Source: Candidatus Obscuribacterales bacterium | GTDB taxonomy: Bacteria > Cyanobacteriota > Vampirovibrionia > Obscuribacterales > Obscuribacteraceae | Assembly: GCA_965228855.1 (NCBI GenBank) | Contig: CBDDIJ010000003.1 | Coordinates: forward strand, 2,784,001 to 2,848,000 | Direction of reading: 5' to 3' | Length of the DNA stretch: 64,000 nt | Shown: one piece after another, positions 19,315-29,919 of the stretch | Position numbering within the stretch: position 1 is the stretch's first letter | Layout: each line of letters starts with the position of its first letter | The notes under the pieces: generated by a model | The model's input: only the letters and a program-made list of their open reading frames with translations | Database searches by the model: none | Told to the model about the DNA's origin: nothing | Translations under genes and position numbers: made by a program

Positions 19315-20874
19315 TTAGCTCAACAGGCTGCCCGTAATGCTCGCAGCGGTTTTGAACAATTTGACCGCAGCTGAGCGATTGAATCTGCCGTCCGAGAAGA
19401 CTTCCTTCATTAGCGCCTGGCGGATTATCTTATTGTTTTTCATGAGCAGCTTGTGTGCGATCGGCATAGCTGCTTCGATGAAGTTGAACTTCGGATTGAT
19501 GGTTAATGCAACGCCTTCCAGCGTGAGCAAAGCACGCATCACGTATGTGAATTCCTGCGGCAAGCGGAATGGATAGCGATAACAGACATCCGAGAAATCA
19601 AACAACATCTGGCGGAATTTGACTTTGGTCATACCTTCAGCAAATCGAGCATCGATGATAGGCGCGAGATCCGCATATAGAGCGTCTCTGTCCACGTCCT
19701 GATTCAAGAAGCCCATGCCCACGAAATCGTCGATGAGCGCGCGATAGTCCTGCTGTGTCGTATGCAACAGCGCGTTAACGAGATGCTCTTTCAACTCCGG
19801 CTCAAGCCGTCCTACCATGCCGAAATCGTAGATACCGATACGTCCATCTGGCATCACGCGCATGTTGCCCGGATGCGGGTCGGCGTGAAAGAAGCCATCT
19901 TCCAGCAACTGACGCAAATAGAAAGTTGCACCGGTGCGTGTAATTTCTTCACGACTGAGTCCCATTGCATCGATAGTGTCCACATCGGTAATGCGGAATC
20001 CGTTCACATACTCGATCGTTAAAACGTGACGACCTGTCAGTCTCCAGACAATCCGCGGTATATAAATACGCTCGAAATTTCTGAAATTACGCCGGAAAAC
20101 ATCGGCATTTCGCCCTTCGCGAATGTAGTCGATTTCTTCAAATGTAGTCTTGGCGAACTCGTCGACCACGCCCGGCCAGTCAGTATGTCGGCAAAGACTG
20201 GGATAGAGCATCACCTCATCAGCAACCGCGCCAAGCACTTGCACGTCTCGAGCAAGCACCTTAGCCAGATTTGGACGTTGAACTTTGACTACGACTTCGC
20301 GGCCGTCCTTCAACACAGCTTTGTAAGCCTGAGCAAGCGAAGCAGCTGCGATCGGAACAGGATTGAATTCCTGATAGAGCTCTTCCGGGTACCCGCCGAG
20401 TTCGCGGTTGATAATTTCTTTGGCAGTTTGCAGATCGAACTCCGCTACGCCTTCCTGCAATTTCGCCAACTCGAGCATAGCGGGAAGCGGGACCAGGTCC
20501 GCGCGGGTAGACAGAGTTTGACCAATTTTGATAAATGTCGGTCCTAAATCGTGAAGCTGCGCACAGAGCCAGGCGCCTAGAGCACGATACTCTTCGTATT
20601 CCTCTGATGTGAGAGCGCGCTCTTCTGTATCGTCAGGGGCGCCACCGCGGCGCATGCGTTCGAACTCTTGAGCGTGAAACTTTGAAAAGCCTCTGACCGC
20701 ACGGATGATAATCCAGACGACAGGAAAAACTCTGAGAGCTTCCTTCCAGCCTTGCAACCGGCGAATCCGATTGAAAACACGCCATGTCGACGCAGCCAAT
20801 CGCGCTGGTGTGACATCGCGGAAGGTTTCGCTTATCGGATTCGGCTTTACAGTATTGCTCAAGTGGACGACCAT
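19315..20874 (-). CDS. AarF/ABC1/UbiB family atypical kinase
   Basis: LGPTFIKIGQTLSTRADL, PIAAASLAQAY, VVVKVQRP, GFFHADPHPGN, YDFGMVG. Confidence 0.92.
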   Translation of the reverse strand: MVVHLSNTVKPNPISETFRDVTPARLAASTWRVFNRIRRLQGWKEALRVFPVVWIIIRAVRGFSKFHAQEFERMRRGGAPDDTEERALTSEEYEEYRALGAWLCAQLHDLGPTFIKIGQTLSTRADLVPLPAMLELAKLQEGVAEFDLQTAKEIINRELGGYPEELYQEFNPVPIAAASLAQAYKAVLKDGREVVVKVQRPNLAKVLARDVQVLGAVADEVMLYPSLCRHTDWPGVVDEFAKTTFEEIDYIREGRNADVFRRNFRNFERIYIPRIVWRLTGRHVLTIEYVNGFRITDVDTIDAMGLSREEITRTGATFYLRQLLEDGFFHADPHPGNMRVMPDGRIGIYDFGMVGRLEPELKEHLVNALLHTTQQDYRALIDDFVGMGFLNQDVDRDALYADLAPIIDARFAEGMTKVKFRQMLFDFSDVCYRYPFRLPQEFTYVMRALLTLEGVALTINPKFNFIEAAMPIAHKLLMKNNKIIRQALMKEVFSDGRFNRSAAVKLFKTAASITGSLLS

Positions 20875-20978
20875 TGAATTGCTCTCTTGACCACTAGTTT
20901 AATGGCTTCTTGGTCGTTGTCAGCAGGCTTTGAAGATAAATTTATACTTGTCTTCGTAGCCTCCGCAGCAGTGCGGGT

Positions 20979-21704
20979 TTAGTACTGATGCACCACTTCA
21001 TACTGCTTTGAGATTATTTCCTGCACACCTTTGCTGGCAACGTTCATAAGATCCTGGAGCTTTTCTCCCGAGTAGGGCGCCGACTCCGATGAAATCTGGA
21101 GTTCGAGGATTTTTCCGGACTCGGTCAGGACAACGTTGCTGTCCATCTCGGCCTGCGAATCCTCGCTGTAATTGGGGTCCAGCAAAAGTTGACCTTTTAC
21201 CTGCGCCACACTTACAGCAGCCATGTGCTCGGTCAGAGGAAGCTCATCCCAGATTCCCTCTTTCTGTAGTTTCAATAATGAATCATATAGCGCAAGAAAG
21301 GCCCCACAGATGCTGGCAACTCTGGTGCCGCCATCTGCCTGAATTACGTCGCAATCAAGGGTGATCGTTCGCTCACCCAGCTGGCGGCGGTCAATCACGG
21401 CACGCAAGCTACGGCCGATCAATCTTTGAATTTCTTGAGTTCGGCCGGAAGCCTGACCCCTAGTAACTTCCCGTTGCGAGCGAGTGTGAGTCGAACCTGG
21501 AAGCAACGAATACTCAGCCGTTATCCAGCCTTCGCCTTTGCCGATCAGGAACGCCGGGACGCGCTCTTCAATTTTTGCAGTGCAGAAAACTTTGGTATCG
21601 CCTAGCTCAATAAAAACAGAGCCATCAGCATTCTTGGTAAAGTTTCGCGTGAACTTTATGGGTCTCAGTTGATCCCATTGTCTGTTGTCACGTCGCCGGA
21701 ACAT
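20979..21704 (-). CDS. rph: Ribonuclease PH
   Basis: GWITAEYSLLPGST, GRTQEIQRLIGRSLRA, DCDVIQADGGTRVASICG. Confidence 0.95.
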   Translation of the reverse strand: MFRRRDNRQWDQLRPIKFTRNFTKNADGSVFIELGDTKVFCTAKIEERVPAFLIGKGEGWITAEYSLLPGSTHTRSQREVTRGQASGRTQEIQRLIGRSLRAVIDRRQLGERTITLDCDVIQADGGTRVASICGAFLALYDSLLKLQKEGIWDELPLTEHMAAVSVAQVKGQLLLDPNYSEDSQAEMDSNVVLTESGKILELQISSESAPYSGEKLQDLMNVASKGVQEIISKQYEVVHQY

Positions 21705-21795
21705 CGAGTCTCGCTTTCTAGGGTTTTTCGGCCGGACTTAAGTATATCCGCAAATGTTTGCGGTATCTGCGAATGTTCAGGCAATGTTCACAACC

Positions 21796-22965
21796 TTATT
21801 GGCGGCCGAATCTCAGGCGATTTACCTGCGCCGTTCCCTTGACCAAAAACCCTTTGCCTGGCTTAACTTTCAACTCAGTGAATTTGAATTTCATATCGTC
21901 GGACAATGCACCGAAGTGCGAAAGTCCATTGATTTTGTTTACAAGCATCTTCGAGATGGCCGGCGAGATCTCCTGACCGGAGGTCAAAAGCTTGCTGTCA
22001 GTGACCTGAACCCAACCGTCGACCAGGGCCAGTTGACTCTGCACTTCGACAGGAATCGGTACAGCCATCTCACCAACTCCGACCCTGGTATCGACTTTCA
22101 CATTCACATTGTTGTTTTTTCCCAAAACGATCGATCCATTTGAAACAGTCACACCGATGTTTCCAACACTGCCGAGCAAATTCGCAAACTGACCCGCTCG
22201 TTTGGCGACATTCGCCCCCAACCGATCGAGAGTGCCGGGCGAGTTGAGAAATCGATTGAGACTCTCCTGACTGATTTCGGCAGTTACGTCTGCTTGAGTC
22301 GGCTCAACAAATTGCAAGATCTTTTGATTGAACAAAACACCAGTGTCGAACCGCATGGCGCCTTGCGTCGTCATCGTAAACTTATCGACGATAAAGTCGC
22401 CGATATGTGCGCCCTCCGCAGTGACATCGAGCGATTTCAAAACACCTTCGCGCACATCCATGTCACGCGCGATTAAATGCATATGATCGACTGCGCCGTC
22501 GAGAAACTGCGCGGCTTCTAAGTCGATTTCCAGCTTTCCAAATTTGCCGGAATTGACATCAACAAATGATATCGGTGGCACCACAACTGGTGCCTGACCG
22601 CCAGGCATTTGTTGTCCGTTCAACATCCGACGAACTGGATCCGGCAGGTTCACTCCACCTTGTGCCGGTTGACCTTGCTCCTGCACCTGGCTGATCAGAA
22701 CCGGCGATATCCGGTCTTTAGCTAACAGCTCCGGAAGATTTGCGACTCTCGGTGTTGACGGAACGCAGTCTGCCTCTGTCGCTTCAGACGCAAAAGAACC
22801 GGCTGCTTTAGACCCTGATGACGCATGCTCCGCAGCTTTCGACGCAGCCGGCATGGCACTCACCGACAACGAAGTCGTGAAGCCGATTGCAATAGTAAGC
22901 GCTGTAAATGCGGACAAGAATCTGGATCGCTTGCGAGGTAGCGACCGCGTTCTACTTGTATTCAT
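21796..22965 (-). CDS. Exported DUF2993/LmeA-like protein
   Basis: Signal peptide (RKRSRFLSAFTALTIAIGFTTSLSVSA) and beta-rich C-terminus with ISQESLNRFLNSP; start taken at ATG 22965. Confidence 0.6.
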   Translation of the reverse strand: MNTSRTRSLPRKRSRFLSAFTALTIAIGFTTSLSVSAMPAASKAAEHASSGSKAAGSFASEATEADCVPSTPRVANLPELLAKDRISPVLISQVQEQGQPAQGGVNLPDPVRRMLNGQQMPGGQAPVVVPPISFVDVNSGKFGKLEIDLEAAQFLDGAVDHMHLIARDMDVREGVLKSLDVTAEGAHIGDFIVDKFTMTTQGAMRFDTGVLFNQKILQFVEPTQADVTAEISQESLNRFLNSPGTLDRLGANVAKRAGQFANLLGSVGNIGVTVSNGSIVLGKNNNVNVKVDTRVGVGEMAVPIPVEVQSQLALVDGWVQVTDSKLLTSGQEISPAISKMLVNKINGLSHFGALSDDMKFKFTELKVKPGKGFLVKGTAQVNRLRFGRQ

Positions 22966-23188
22966 TATTGATAGTCCTTGTTGATGTTTGTCCGAATCAA
23001 AAGCGATCCGAAGTTTCCATTTTGTTTGAGACAGATTTCTCACCGACATTGTTCCGAATTGGTTACACGCCAACGCACGAAAACAGTTTCCCCAGATACA
23101 GGAAGTCGCTCCTCGGACGAACCGAAAAGCGACTTACATTTTATACTCTTTGGTCGAATGAACTATTGTTCAAACAACTTCAGTGCGA

Positions 23189-23497
23189 TTACTCGCCACC
23201 TTCTGCAGGATCAGCACCTTCAGCTGGCTTATCGCCTTCTGCCGGCTTATCGCCTTCAGCGGCTTTGTCGCCTTCGGCAGCCTTGTCACCCTCGGTGGTG
23301 GTTGTCGTTGTTGTTGTCGTTTCGGTTGTAGCCGCTGCATCTCCACCGGTCGCTGCTGCATCAGTTGCAGGAGTGGTTGTGGTGGTTGAAGTGGTGCTTG
23401 TGGAGTCGGTGCCGCCACCGCCGCCGCATGCAGCCAAGCTGGCAACGAGGCCGAAGCTCGCAAGCGCTAAAGCTAGAGTTTTGTTTCGAATAGTCAT
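23189..23497 (-). CDS. Small low-complexity lipoprotein (Thr-rich, AEGDK repeats)
   Basis: Signal peptide with lipobox LAAC, RBS GAAGGAG upstream, poly-Thr runs and EGDK(A/P)A hexapeptide repeats. Confidence 0.75.
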   Translation of the reverse strand: MTIRNKTLALALASFGLVASLAACGGGGGTDSTSTTSTTTTTPATDAAATGGDAAATTETTTTTTTTTEGDKAAEGDKAAEGDKPAEGDKPAEGADPAEGGE

Positions 23498-23841
23498 TGG
23501 TTGACCGTCTCCTTCTGGGACCTGAAAAATCTTAGACAGCTCTCTTTGTTTTTCTGCGACAGAACAGTAAATTAGTATTCCAATCGCAAACAGCGCGATT
23601 ATACAGTCATGGTTGCGCGTAATGCAAACCGCTGGTAGTGAATTATCTTCCGTATCGCTGATAAAACGGGCTATCCGGAAGCTTTACATAACAACAATGC
23701 CAAGAGAAACTGGTCGCCAACCAGCCATCCTCTACGCTCGATTTATGCGCGGGGATTATTCAGAGGATATATGCTTGAAACTCAAGAACTCTTGACGAGT
23801 CCAGTAATTTCACGCAAAAAATTTCCGACAGGTTTCAGGCA

Positions 23842-25383
23842 CTATCTGATTAGTGAAGATCCACTCATCTCAGGTGGCTTTTCCAGACCCATTATCTGCA
23901 AAACAGTAGGGGCAACATCTGCCAGACCGCCCTCGATAAGCGTAGCGCCGTTTTGCAATCCGGCAAGATCATTCTTCTGGAAACTTGCCACTATAAACGG
24001 TACCGGATGGCTGGTGTGCGCCGTATGCGGTTCTCCCGTGACATAGTCGATCATCTGCTCCACATTGCCATGATCCGAGGTGATGAGCAATGTGCCACCA
24101 CATTCCTTGGTCGCTTCGAGAAGCGCACCAAACGCGTCGTCCACCGAAGCTACCGCATCGACGGCAGCTTCCATAATTCCAGTGTGTCCGACCATGTCGG
24201 GATTCGCAAAATTAAGCACAGTGAATGGGAAGTTACCGGACTTGATCGCCTTGATCCCCTCTTCGCAGACTTCGGAAGTCTGCATCCTGGGCGCGAGATC
24301 ATAAGTCGCCACTTTCAACGACGGTATCATCCGCCGCTCCTCACCTTCGACCGGTTGTTCGCGACCGCCGTTCAAAAAGTATGTGACATGCGCGTACTTC
24401 TCTGTTTCCGCAGCGTGGAACTGACCGATATGGTGGCACGACAACAACTCAGGCAAAGTCATAGAGATGTCCTGAGATGGAAGAGCTTCATTATTGAACG
24501 CAACCGGCAAGTTCAAACTGGCGTCATATTCCGTTAAACATACATAATGTATATTGGGCACCATCGGGCGCGCGAAGAATGAGAAATCCGCTTGCGTCAA
24601 CGCACGGCTTATCTGCCTTACGCGGTCCGGACGGAAGTTGAAACAGATTACACTGTCACCATCCTTGATGCGCCGATCGTTCACTATATAAGGACGGACA
24701 AACTCGTCATTTTCATTGCGCGCATATGCATCGTCGACGGCTGCAACTGCGCTTTCAATCGGTCGTCCGTCGCCGAGCACGAGAGCTCGCCAGTATTCCT
24801 CTATGCGTTCCCAACGATTGTCGCGATCCATCGCATAGTAGCGGCCGCAGACTACACCTATCTCTCCACGGTTTTTGAGCTTTTCTTCCAGCTCTCGCAT
24901 AAAACGCCTGGCGGAACGTGGCGGCGTATCCCGACCATCGAGAATCGGATGAACAACGAACTTGCTGATAGATGCACGAGAAGCAAGCTCGATCAGACCG
25001 TCAAGGTGATCCGGGCTAGAGTGAACACAACCGTCGCTCACCAGCCCGAAGACGTGCAGAGTGCCACCCGTCTCGCGTACATGGTCGATAGCCCGCACTA
25101 TGACTGGGTTTTTGAAAAAGGAATTGTCGCGGATTGTGTTTGAAATCAAAGTGAGTTTTTGCACGACCGTGCGACCTGCGCCGATCGTCAAATGCCCGAC
25201 TTCTGAATTGCCCATCAGACCTGGCGGTAAACCGACTGCAAGCCCGGATGAGTCAAGCAGAGTGTTCGGGAAGTTCTCAAGGAGGTAATTATAGTTGGGC
25301 GTTTTCGTGGCTAGAATCGAATTGCCCTTCTTCTCCCGAGTTACTCCCCATCCATCTAATATAAGTAGAGTTACAGGTCCCAT
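23842..25383 (-). CDS. gpmI: 2,3-bisphosphoglycerate-independent phosphoglycerate mutase
   Basis: LLILDGWG, GNSEVGH, DGRDTPP, GRYYAMDRDNRW, AETEKYAHVT, NPDMVGHTG, SDHGN. Confidence 0.95.
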   Translation of the reverse strand: MGPVTLLILDGWGVTREKKGNSILATKTPNYNYLLENFPNTLLDSSGLAVGLPPGLMGNSEVGHLTIGAGRTVVQKLTLISNTIRDNSFFKNPVIVRAIDHVRETGGTLHVFGLVSDGCVHSSPDHLDGLIELASRASISKFVVHPILDGRDTPPRSARRFMRELEEKLKNRGEIGVVCGRYYAMDRDNRWERIEEYWRALVLGDGRPIESAVAAVDDAYARNENDEFVRPYIVNDRRIKDGDSVICFNFRPDRVRQISRALTQADFSFFARPMVPNIHYVCLTEYDASLNLPVAFNNEALPSQDISMTLPELLSCHHIGQFHAAETEKYAHVTYFLNGGREQPVEGEERRMIPSLKVATYDLAPRMQTSEVCEEGIKAIKSGNFPFTVLNFANPDMVGHTGIMEAAVDAVASVDDAFGALLEATKECGGTLLITSDHGNVEQMIDYVTGEPHTAHTSHPVPFIVASFQKNDLAGLQNGATLIEGGLADVAPTVLQIMGLEKPPEMSGSSLIR

Positions 25384-25600
25384 TACCGCCTCATGAAAAG
25401 CTCAGCACAAAACGCTGCATGAAATCGTAGCGTGATTAGAATCGATTAGGTGTTTTTCAACCGAGATCCTTAACTAAAGTGTCGAGCAATCTTCCGTCGG
25501 CGTTTCGTCAGCTGATTCGCGTTGCAGGTTAGCGTTCGATCAGCGTGCGATTCTTTAGTGTTTCGTTTGCCTTGAAGGTAGTACAATCCGGCTCGTAAAC

Positions 25601-26353
25601 TTGGATATATGGCTCGTGAATCAGGAAGCAAAAACGAGTGCCGCACAGGAAGCATCCTCGCCATCAGCGGATTCACCGCGTGAAGCAGGGCGTGATTCAG
25701 ACTGGATTGCGGAAGTTTCGCACGAGCTGCGCCTGCCTATCGCCAATATAAAACTTCTGGTGGAGACGCTTCTCGACGGAGCGCACGAGGACCCGGCGAC
25801 AGCAGTTCGTATGCTGGAGCGTACAAGACAGGAAGTTGAGCGGCTCGAGGCTCTGGTTGCCGATTTGATATCTATTGAGGAAGTAGCCGACAATCGCGAC
25901 AACGTCAAGAAGCGCATGACACCGCTGTCGGATGCGGCACGATACGCCATGGAGAGCGTTTCGAAAACAGCAGCGAAGAAGAACATTTCAGTGAAATCAG
26001 AGATCGCACCAGGGTTTCACGTCAACGCAAATCCCGACCAGCTCAACCAGGTGATGTTAAACCTGGTTGAAAACGCCGTTAAATACACGCCCGCAGGCGG
26101 CGAAGTTGTGATACGGTCCGGCGCGCGCGGCAGTTTTTCCGTCTCGGATACAGGTCTGGGAATTGCTGCCGGTGAGATTCCCAAAATCTTCAAACGTTTT
26201 TATCGAGTCGATCGAACCCGGGCACCAGGCTCTACCGGGCTAGGGCTCTCAATTGTGAAACACATCGCGGACATGCACGGTGCTAAAATTAGCGTGCAGT
26301 CCGAAGAGTCAAAGGGCTCGACATTCATCCTCCTGTTCCCGGAGGACACTTAG
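25601..26353 (+). CDS. PhoR/SphS-like histidine kinase lacking a sensor domain
   Basis: VSHELRLP H-box, NLVENAVKY, DTGLGI, RFYRVDR, GSTGLGLSIVKH; upstream of an OmpR regulator and phoU. Confidence 0.85.
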   Translation: MDIWLVNQEAKTSAAQEASSPSADSPREAGRDSDWIAEVSHELRLPIANIKLLVETLLDGAHEDPATAVRMLERTRQEVERLEALVADLISIEEVADNRDNVKKRMTPLSDAARYAMESVSKTAAKKNISVKSEIAPGFHVNANPDQLNQVMLNLVENAVKYTPAGGEVVIRSGARGSFSVSDTGLGIAAGEIPKIFKRFYRVDRTRAPGSTGLGLSIVKHIADMHGAKISVQSEESKGSTFILLFPEDT

Positions 26354-26359
26354 GCAATT

Positions 26360-27181
26360 ATGACCAACAATCCAATATCGAAGCCCAAACGAATCATGGT
26401 TGTAGACGATGATGCCACCATCGTTGAGACACTGGCGTATAACTTGAAGCGTCACGGCTTCGAGGCAGTCTCTTTCTCTCGAGGAATGGAGGCTCTGTCA
26501 GGTCTCGATGATGCAGGCGCATGCCTCATTGTTTTGGACTGGATGTTGCCTGACGTCACCGGTCCGGAAGTTGTAAAACTTATTCGTGAGCGCGGTTGCG
26601 AATTGCCCGTACTCATGCTGACCGGTCGCTCCAGCCCCAACGATATCGCGCATGGATTGTCGGCCGGCGCCGATGACTATCTGGCAAAACCATTCAGCAC
26701 GATCGAGTTTATGGCGCGCATCCAGGCGTTGCTTCGACGCGCGAAAAAGGATCAGGGTGCAGCGGAAAACAAAATTACCATTGGAGACTTGATGCTCGAT
26801 GAAAGCGCTCGGCGAGTCACTTTCAAAGGACAGCCCGTCGACTTATCGCCCAAGGAATTTTCCCTGCTCAAAGCTTTGATGAAAAACGCAGACAAGACGA
26901 TGAGCACTGATGTTTTGTTAAACAAAGTCTGGGGCTCGGATTATCAGGGAGACGTCAAAACAGTCGCAGTGCACATGCGCTGGTTGAGACAGAAGCTCGA
27001 GAACGACCCGAAAAACCCAACGTTACTTGAGACCGTGCATCGCTCAGGATATCGGCTGAACTCGCCAACCTCAGCAGCCCAAACAGCAGCGAAACACGAA
27101 GCAAAAGCGGCTGACTCCGAGCACGGAAGCGGTCATGAAACGGGATCGAGTCATGGAATCGGTCACGGTCAAAGCCATTAG
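26360..27181 (+). CDS. OmpR/PhoB family response regulator, likely PhoB/SphR
   Basis: Receiver domain (VDDD, LDWMLP, GADDYLAKPF) plus winged helix (KTVAVHMRWLRQKLE). Confidence 0.88.
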   Translation: MTNNPISKPKRIMVVDDDATIVETLAYNLKRHGFEAVSFSRGMEALSGLDDAGACLIVLDWMLPDVTGPEVVKLIRERGCELPVLMLTGRSSPNDIAHGLSAGADDYLAKPFSTIEFMARIQALLRRAKKDQGAAENKITIGDLMLDESARRVTFKGQPVDLSPKEFSLLKALMKNADKTMSTDVLLNKVWGSDYQGDVKTVAVHMRWLRQKLENDPKNPTLLETVHRSGYRLNSPTSAAQTAAKHEAKAADSEHGSGHETGSSHGIGHGQSH

Positions 27182-27198
27182 AGGAGAAGGAGATAGAC

Positions 27199-27867
27199 GT
27201 GAAAACTGAAGCACTTACCTTATTGAAAGAGGAAGTTCTCTCGATGGGACGAGGGGTCGAATCGACTGTTCAGGAACTCACGCGCATGCTCAAAAAGGAT
27301 CCGGCAGCCAGCCTGTCCCGCATGGAAGATGGCGAGGAGACGATCAACAGGCAATGCATGGAAATCGAAGAGCACTGCCTTGAGTTGCTCGTCGAAAGAG
27401 ACAAAGACGAGATGAATGAACGCGTCATCCGCAGCCTGGTGAGCACGATCTTGATTGCTACAAAACTTGAGCGCATGGCAGACCATGCCATTCGTATAGC
27501 AAAAGTAGCAGACTGGGCGCGTGAAGAAGAAATCGACGTACCGGAAGAATTGATTGAAATGTCGCAGACTGTAGGACACATGGTGCAGGAAACCTTGCTG
27601 GTGTTTCTAAGCGACGCACCAGACAAGGCGATCGAAGTGATGCGCCGCGACAACGCAGTCAATTATCTGCACGATGTTTTGTCAAAACGTCTGCTTTCAA
27701 ACTTGGGCGAACAGGACACGCAACAGGCGCAAATGCGCATGCAGTTTCTCTTCTGCACACGCTTTCTGGAGCGCATGGGTGATGCGTGCGGGTCCATCGC
27801 AAAACGCGTCTACTTCATAGCTACAGGCAAGCGCCTTAAAGCCGCAGCTACAAAAGTGGAGACATAG
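27199..27867 (+). CDS. phoU: Phosphate signalling protein PhoU
   Basis: Two PhoU repeats: LERMADHA and LERMGDAC..IAKRVYF. Confidence 0.88.
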   Translation: MKTEALTLLKEEVLSMGRGVESTVQELTRMLKKDPAASLSRMEDGEETINRQCMEIEEHCLELLVERDKDEMNERVIRSLVSTILIATKLERMADHAIRIAKVADWAREEEIDVPEELIEMSQTVGHMVQETLLVFLSDAPDKAIEVMRRDNAVNYLHDVLSKRLLSNLGEQDTQQAQMRMQFLFCTRFLERMGDACGSIAKRVYFIATGKRLKAAATKVET

Positions 27868-27868
27868 T

Positions 27869-28918
27869 ATGTCACCAGTGATGGTACTAGCCGGAGACGA
27901 GGATTTTGAACTCTACCGACGGCTAGCAAAATTGAAAGATTCACTTCTGGATCCGGCTTTTGCGTCGTTCAACTTCGCTCGTTTTGAAACGCCATCAATC
28001 ACCGACGTTCTCGATAACGCGCTGACCGTCCCGTTCGGTCCTGGCAATAAAGTCATAATCTTCGATAAGTGCGACTTTTTTACGCGCAAATCTGCAGGAA
28101 AAGGAAAAGACAAATCCGATTCCGGAAGCGCCACTCAAAAGCAACTCGACAGCCTTGATGATTCACTCGGCTCTGTGCATCCAAATACGCACCTGATTTT
28201 TGCGTGCCCCTTCAATTTCGACTCAAATTTGAAAATGTCGAAGATCGTGTTGAAACATGCAAAACCCGAGGAATTTCCGAAGGCTAAATACTACATAGGT
28301 TCCCCTAATCCAAAGTTGGAAACCTGGGTTCGCAAAGAAGCCAAAGCGAAGGGCGCCACTATCGACGATACCGCCATCGCATACTTGCTTGATGGAACAG
28401 AAGCAAACTTGCGCCAGATTTATTCGGAAATTGATAAAGCAGCGACGTACATAATGCCGAAAACCCACATCACTTATGATGTGGTGGTCGAGATGAGTCC
28501 GCATCACTCGCACGTTTTCACGCTTCTCGATCACTGGTTGGAAGGCCGCGCCTCGAGCGCGCTCGACAGCGCGATCGAACTGCTGTCGCGCCAGCCTGCT
28601 CTAAAAGTTATCGCCACGTTGCAGACATTTCTCGGTCGCTGGATCGAAATGAAGGTAATATGCGAGCAAGCAAATGCCAAACTGCCTTTCGCTCCCGGCG
28701 TACAAAGACGCGAACTTCCGTTTCCTGAACAACTGAAACGAGTGGCGTCGGAGATGAAGACACAACCGTTCCTGATCGAAAAAGATTTGAAACGCCTGCG
28801 CACTCACAGCTCCGCTTACCTGATAAAGAAACGCCGCCAACTAACGAATTTCGAATTCCTCGTCAAGAGCGGCCGCCTCAACGAAAAAAACGCCCTGGAA
28901 TTATTCATCGCCAGCTAA
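27869..28918 (+). CDS. holA: DNA polymerase III subunit delta
   Basis: LAGDEDF...FASFNF...ALTVPFGPG; IDDTAIAYLL...NLRQIYSEIDK. Confidence 0.75.
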   Translation: MSPVMVLAGDEDFELYRRLAKLKDSLLDPAFASFNFARFETPSITDVLDNALTVPFGPGNKVIIFDKCDFFTRKSAGKGKDKSDSGSATQKQLDSLDDSLGSVHPNTHLIFACPFNFDSNLKMSKIVLKHAKPEEFPKAKYYIGSPNPKLETWVRKEAKAKGATIDDTAIAYLLDGTEANLRQIYSEIDKAATYIMPKTHITYDVVVEMSPHHSHVFTLLDHWLEGRASSALDSAIELLSRQPALKVIATLQTFLGRWIEMKVICEQANAKLPFAPGVQRRELPFPEQLKRVASEMKTQPFLIEKDLKRLRTHSSAYLIKKRRQLTNFEFLVKSGRLNEKNALELFIAS

Positions 28919-29193
28919 TCTCCAAGCTCTCCAAGCATATTCGAAAGTACCGAGCGAGGAAACCATGCCAGCTTTTTCCAAGCATATTCGAAAGTCCCGC
29001 CAATTCCGCCCAGCGATTCAAACTCGGCAGAGGAAGCGGCTTTCCGGCATTTTTCTTAGTTTTTTGGCTACGACACTACGACGCTTTTTCGAAAATGCGT
29101 CGTAGTCAGATAGACATCGTGCCGAGGTGCACAACTCTTTAGGTCAGGATATACTGTGTTCAAGGCAACTCAAAGACACTGAGAGAGGAAACC

Positions 29194-29919
29194 ATGCCAG
29201 ACACAAGATATGTTCTCGATGACATGACGGTCAAAGACACCTGGCGAATTTTTCGTATGATGGCTGAGATGGTCGAGGGCTTCGAGGAACTATCAAAGAT
29301 AGGTCCGGCGGTTTCTATTTTCGGAAGTGCCCGCTGCAAGCCGTCCGACCCTGAGTATCTGCTGGCGGAAACCATCGCCAGGAAATTAGCGGAGCGCGGT
29401 TTTGCTGTCATCACCGGCGGTGGTCCGGGTGTGATGGAGGGCGGCAACAAAGGTGCCATCGCTGCTGGTGGCACGTCCGTTGGACTTAACATCCAACTTC
29501 CCCGCGAGCAGGCGCCCAACCCCTATCAGACTGTCTCTGTAGACTTCCGCTATTTTTTCGTGCGAAAGCTCATGTTCGTAAAATACGCGGTTGCATTCAT
29601 CATCATGCCAGGAGGCTACGGAAGTCTCGACGAACTGTTCGAGGCTCTCACCCTGATTCAAACTAACAGGATAAAACGCTTTCCGCTTTTCCTCGTCGAC
29701 TCGACCTTTTGGAAACCAATGCTGGACTGGATTCGCGAAGGTCCCGTCAAACGCGGTTTTATCGCGGAATCAGAGCTGGACTTAATCACTCTAGTCGACG
29801 ATCCGGATGAACTCGTCGCCCAGATTGTCTGGTGCGAAGAAGAGAAGTGCTATCTAAATCCGGATGGTTTGATGGCTCATCCCAGCCGTAAGCTGCCGAA
29901 GCCCGACACCGAAATATGA
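29194..29919 (+). CDS. LOG family (TIGR00730-like) Rossmann-fold protein
   Basis: VSIFGSAR, ITGGGPGVMEGGNKGA, FRYFFVRKLMFVK, PGGYGSLDELFE. Confidence 0.9.
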   Translation: MPDTRYVLDDMTVKDTWRIFRMMAEMVEGFEELSKIGPAVSIFGSARCKPSDPEYLLAETIARKLAERGFAVITGGGPGVMEGGNKGAIAAGGTSVGLNIQLPREQAPNPYQTVSVDFRYFFVRKLMFVKYAVAFIIMPGGYGSLDELFEALTLIQTNRIKRFPLFLVDSTFWKPMLDWIREGPVKRGFIAESELDLITLVDDPDELVAQIVWCEEEKCYLNPDGLMAHPSRKLPKPDTEI

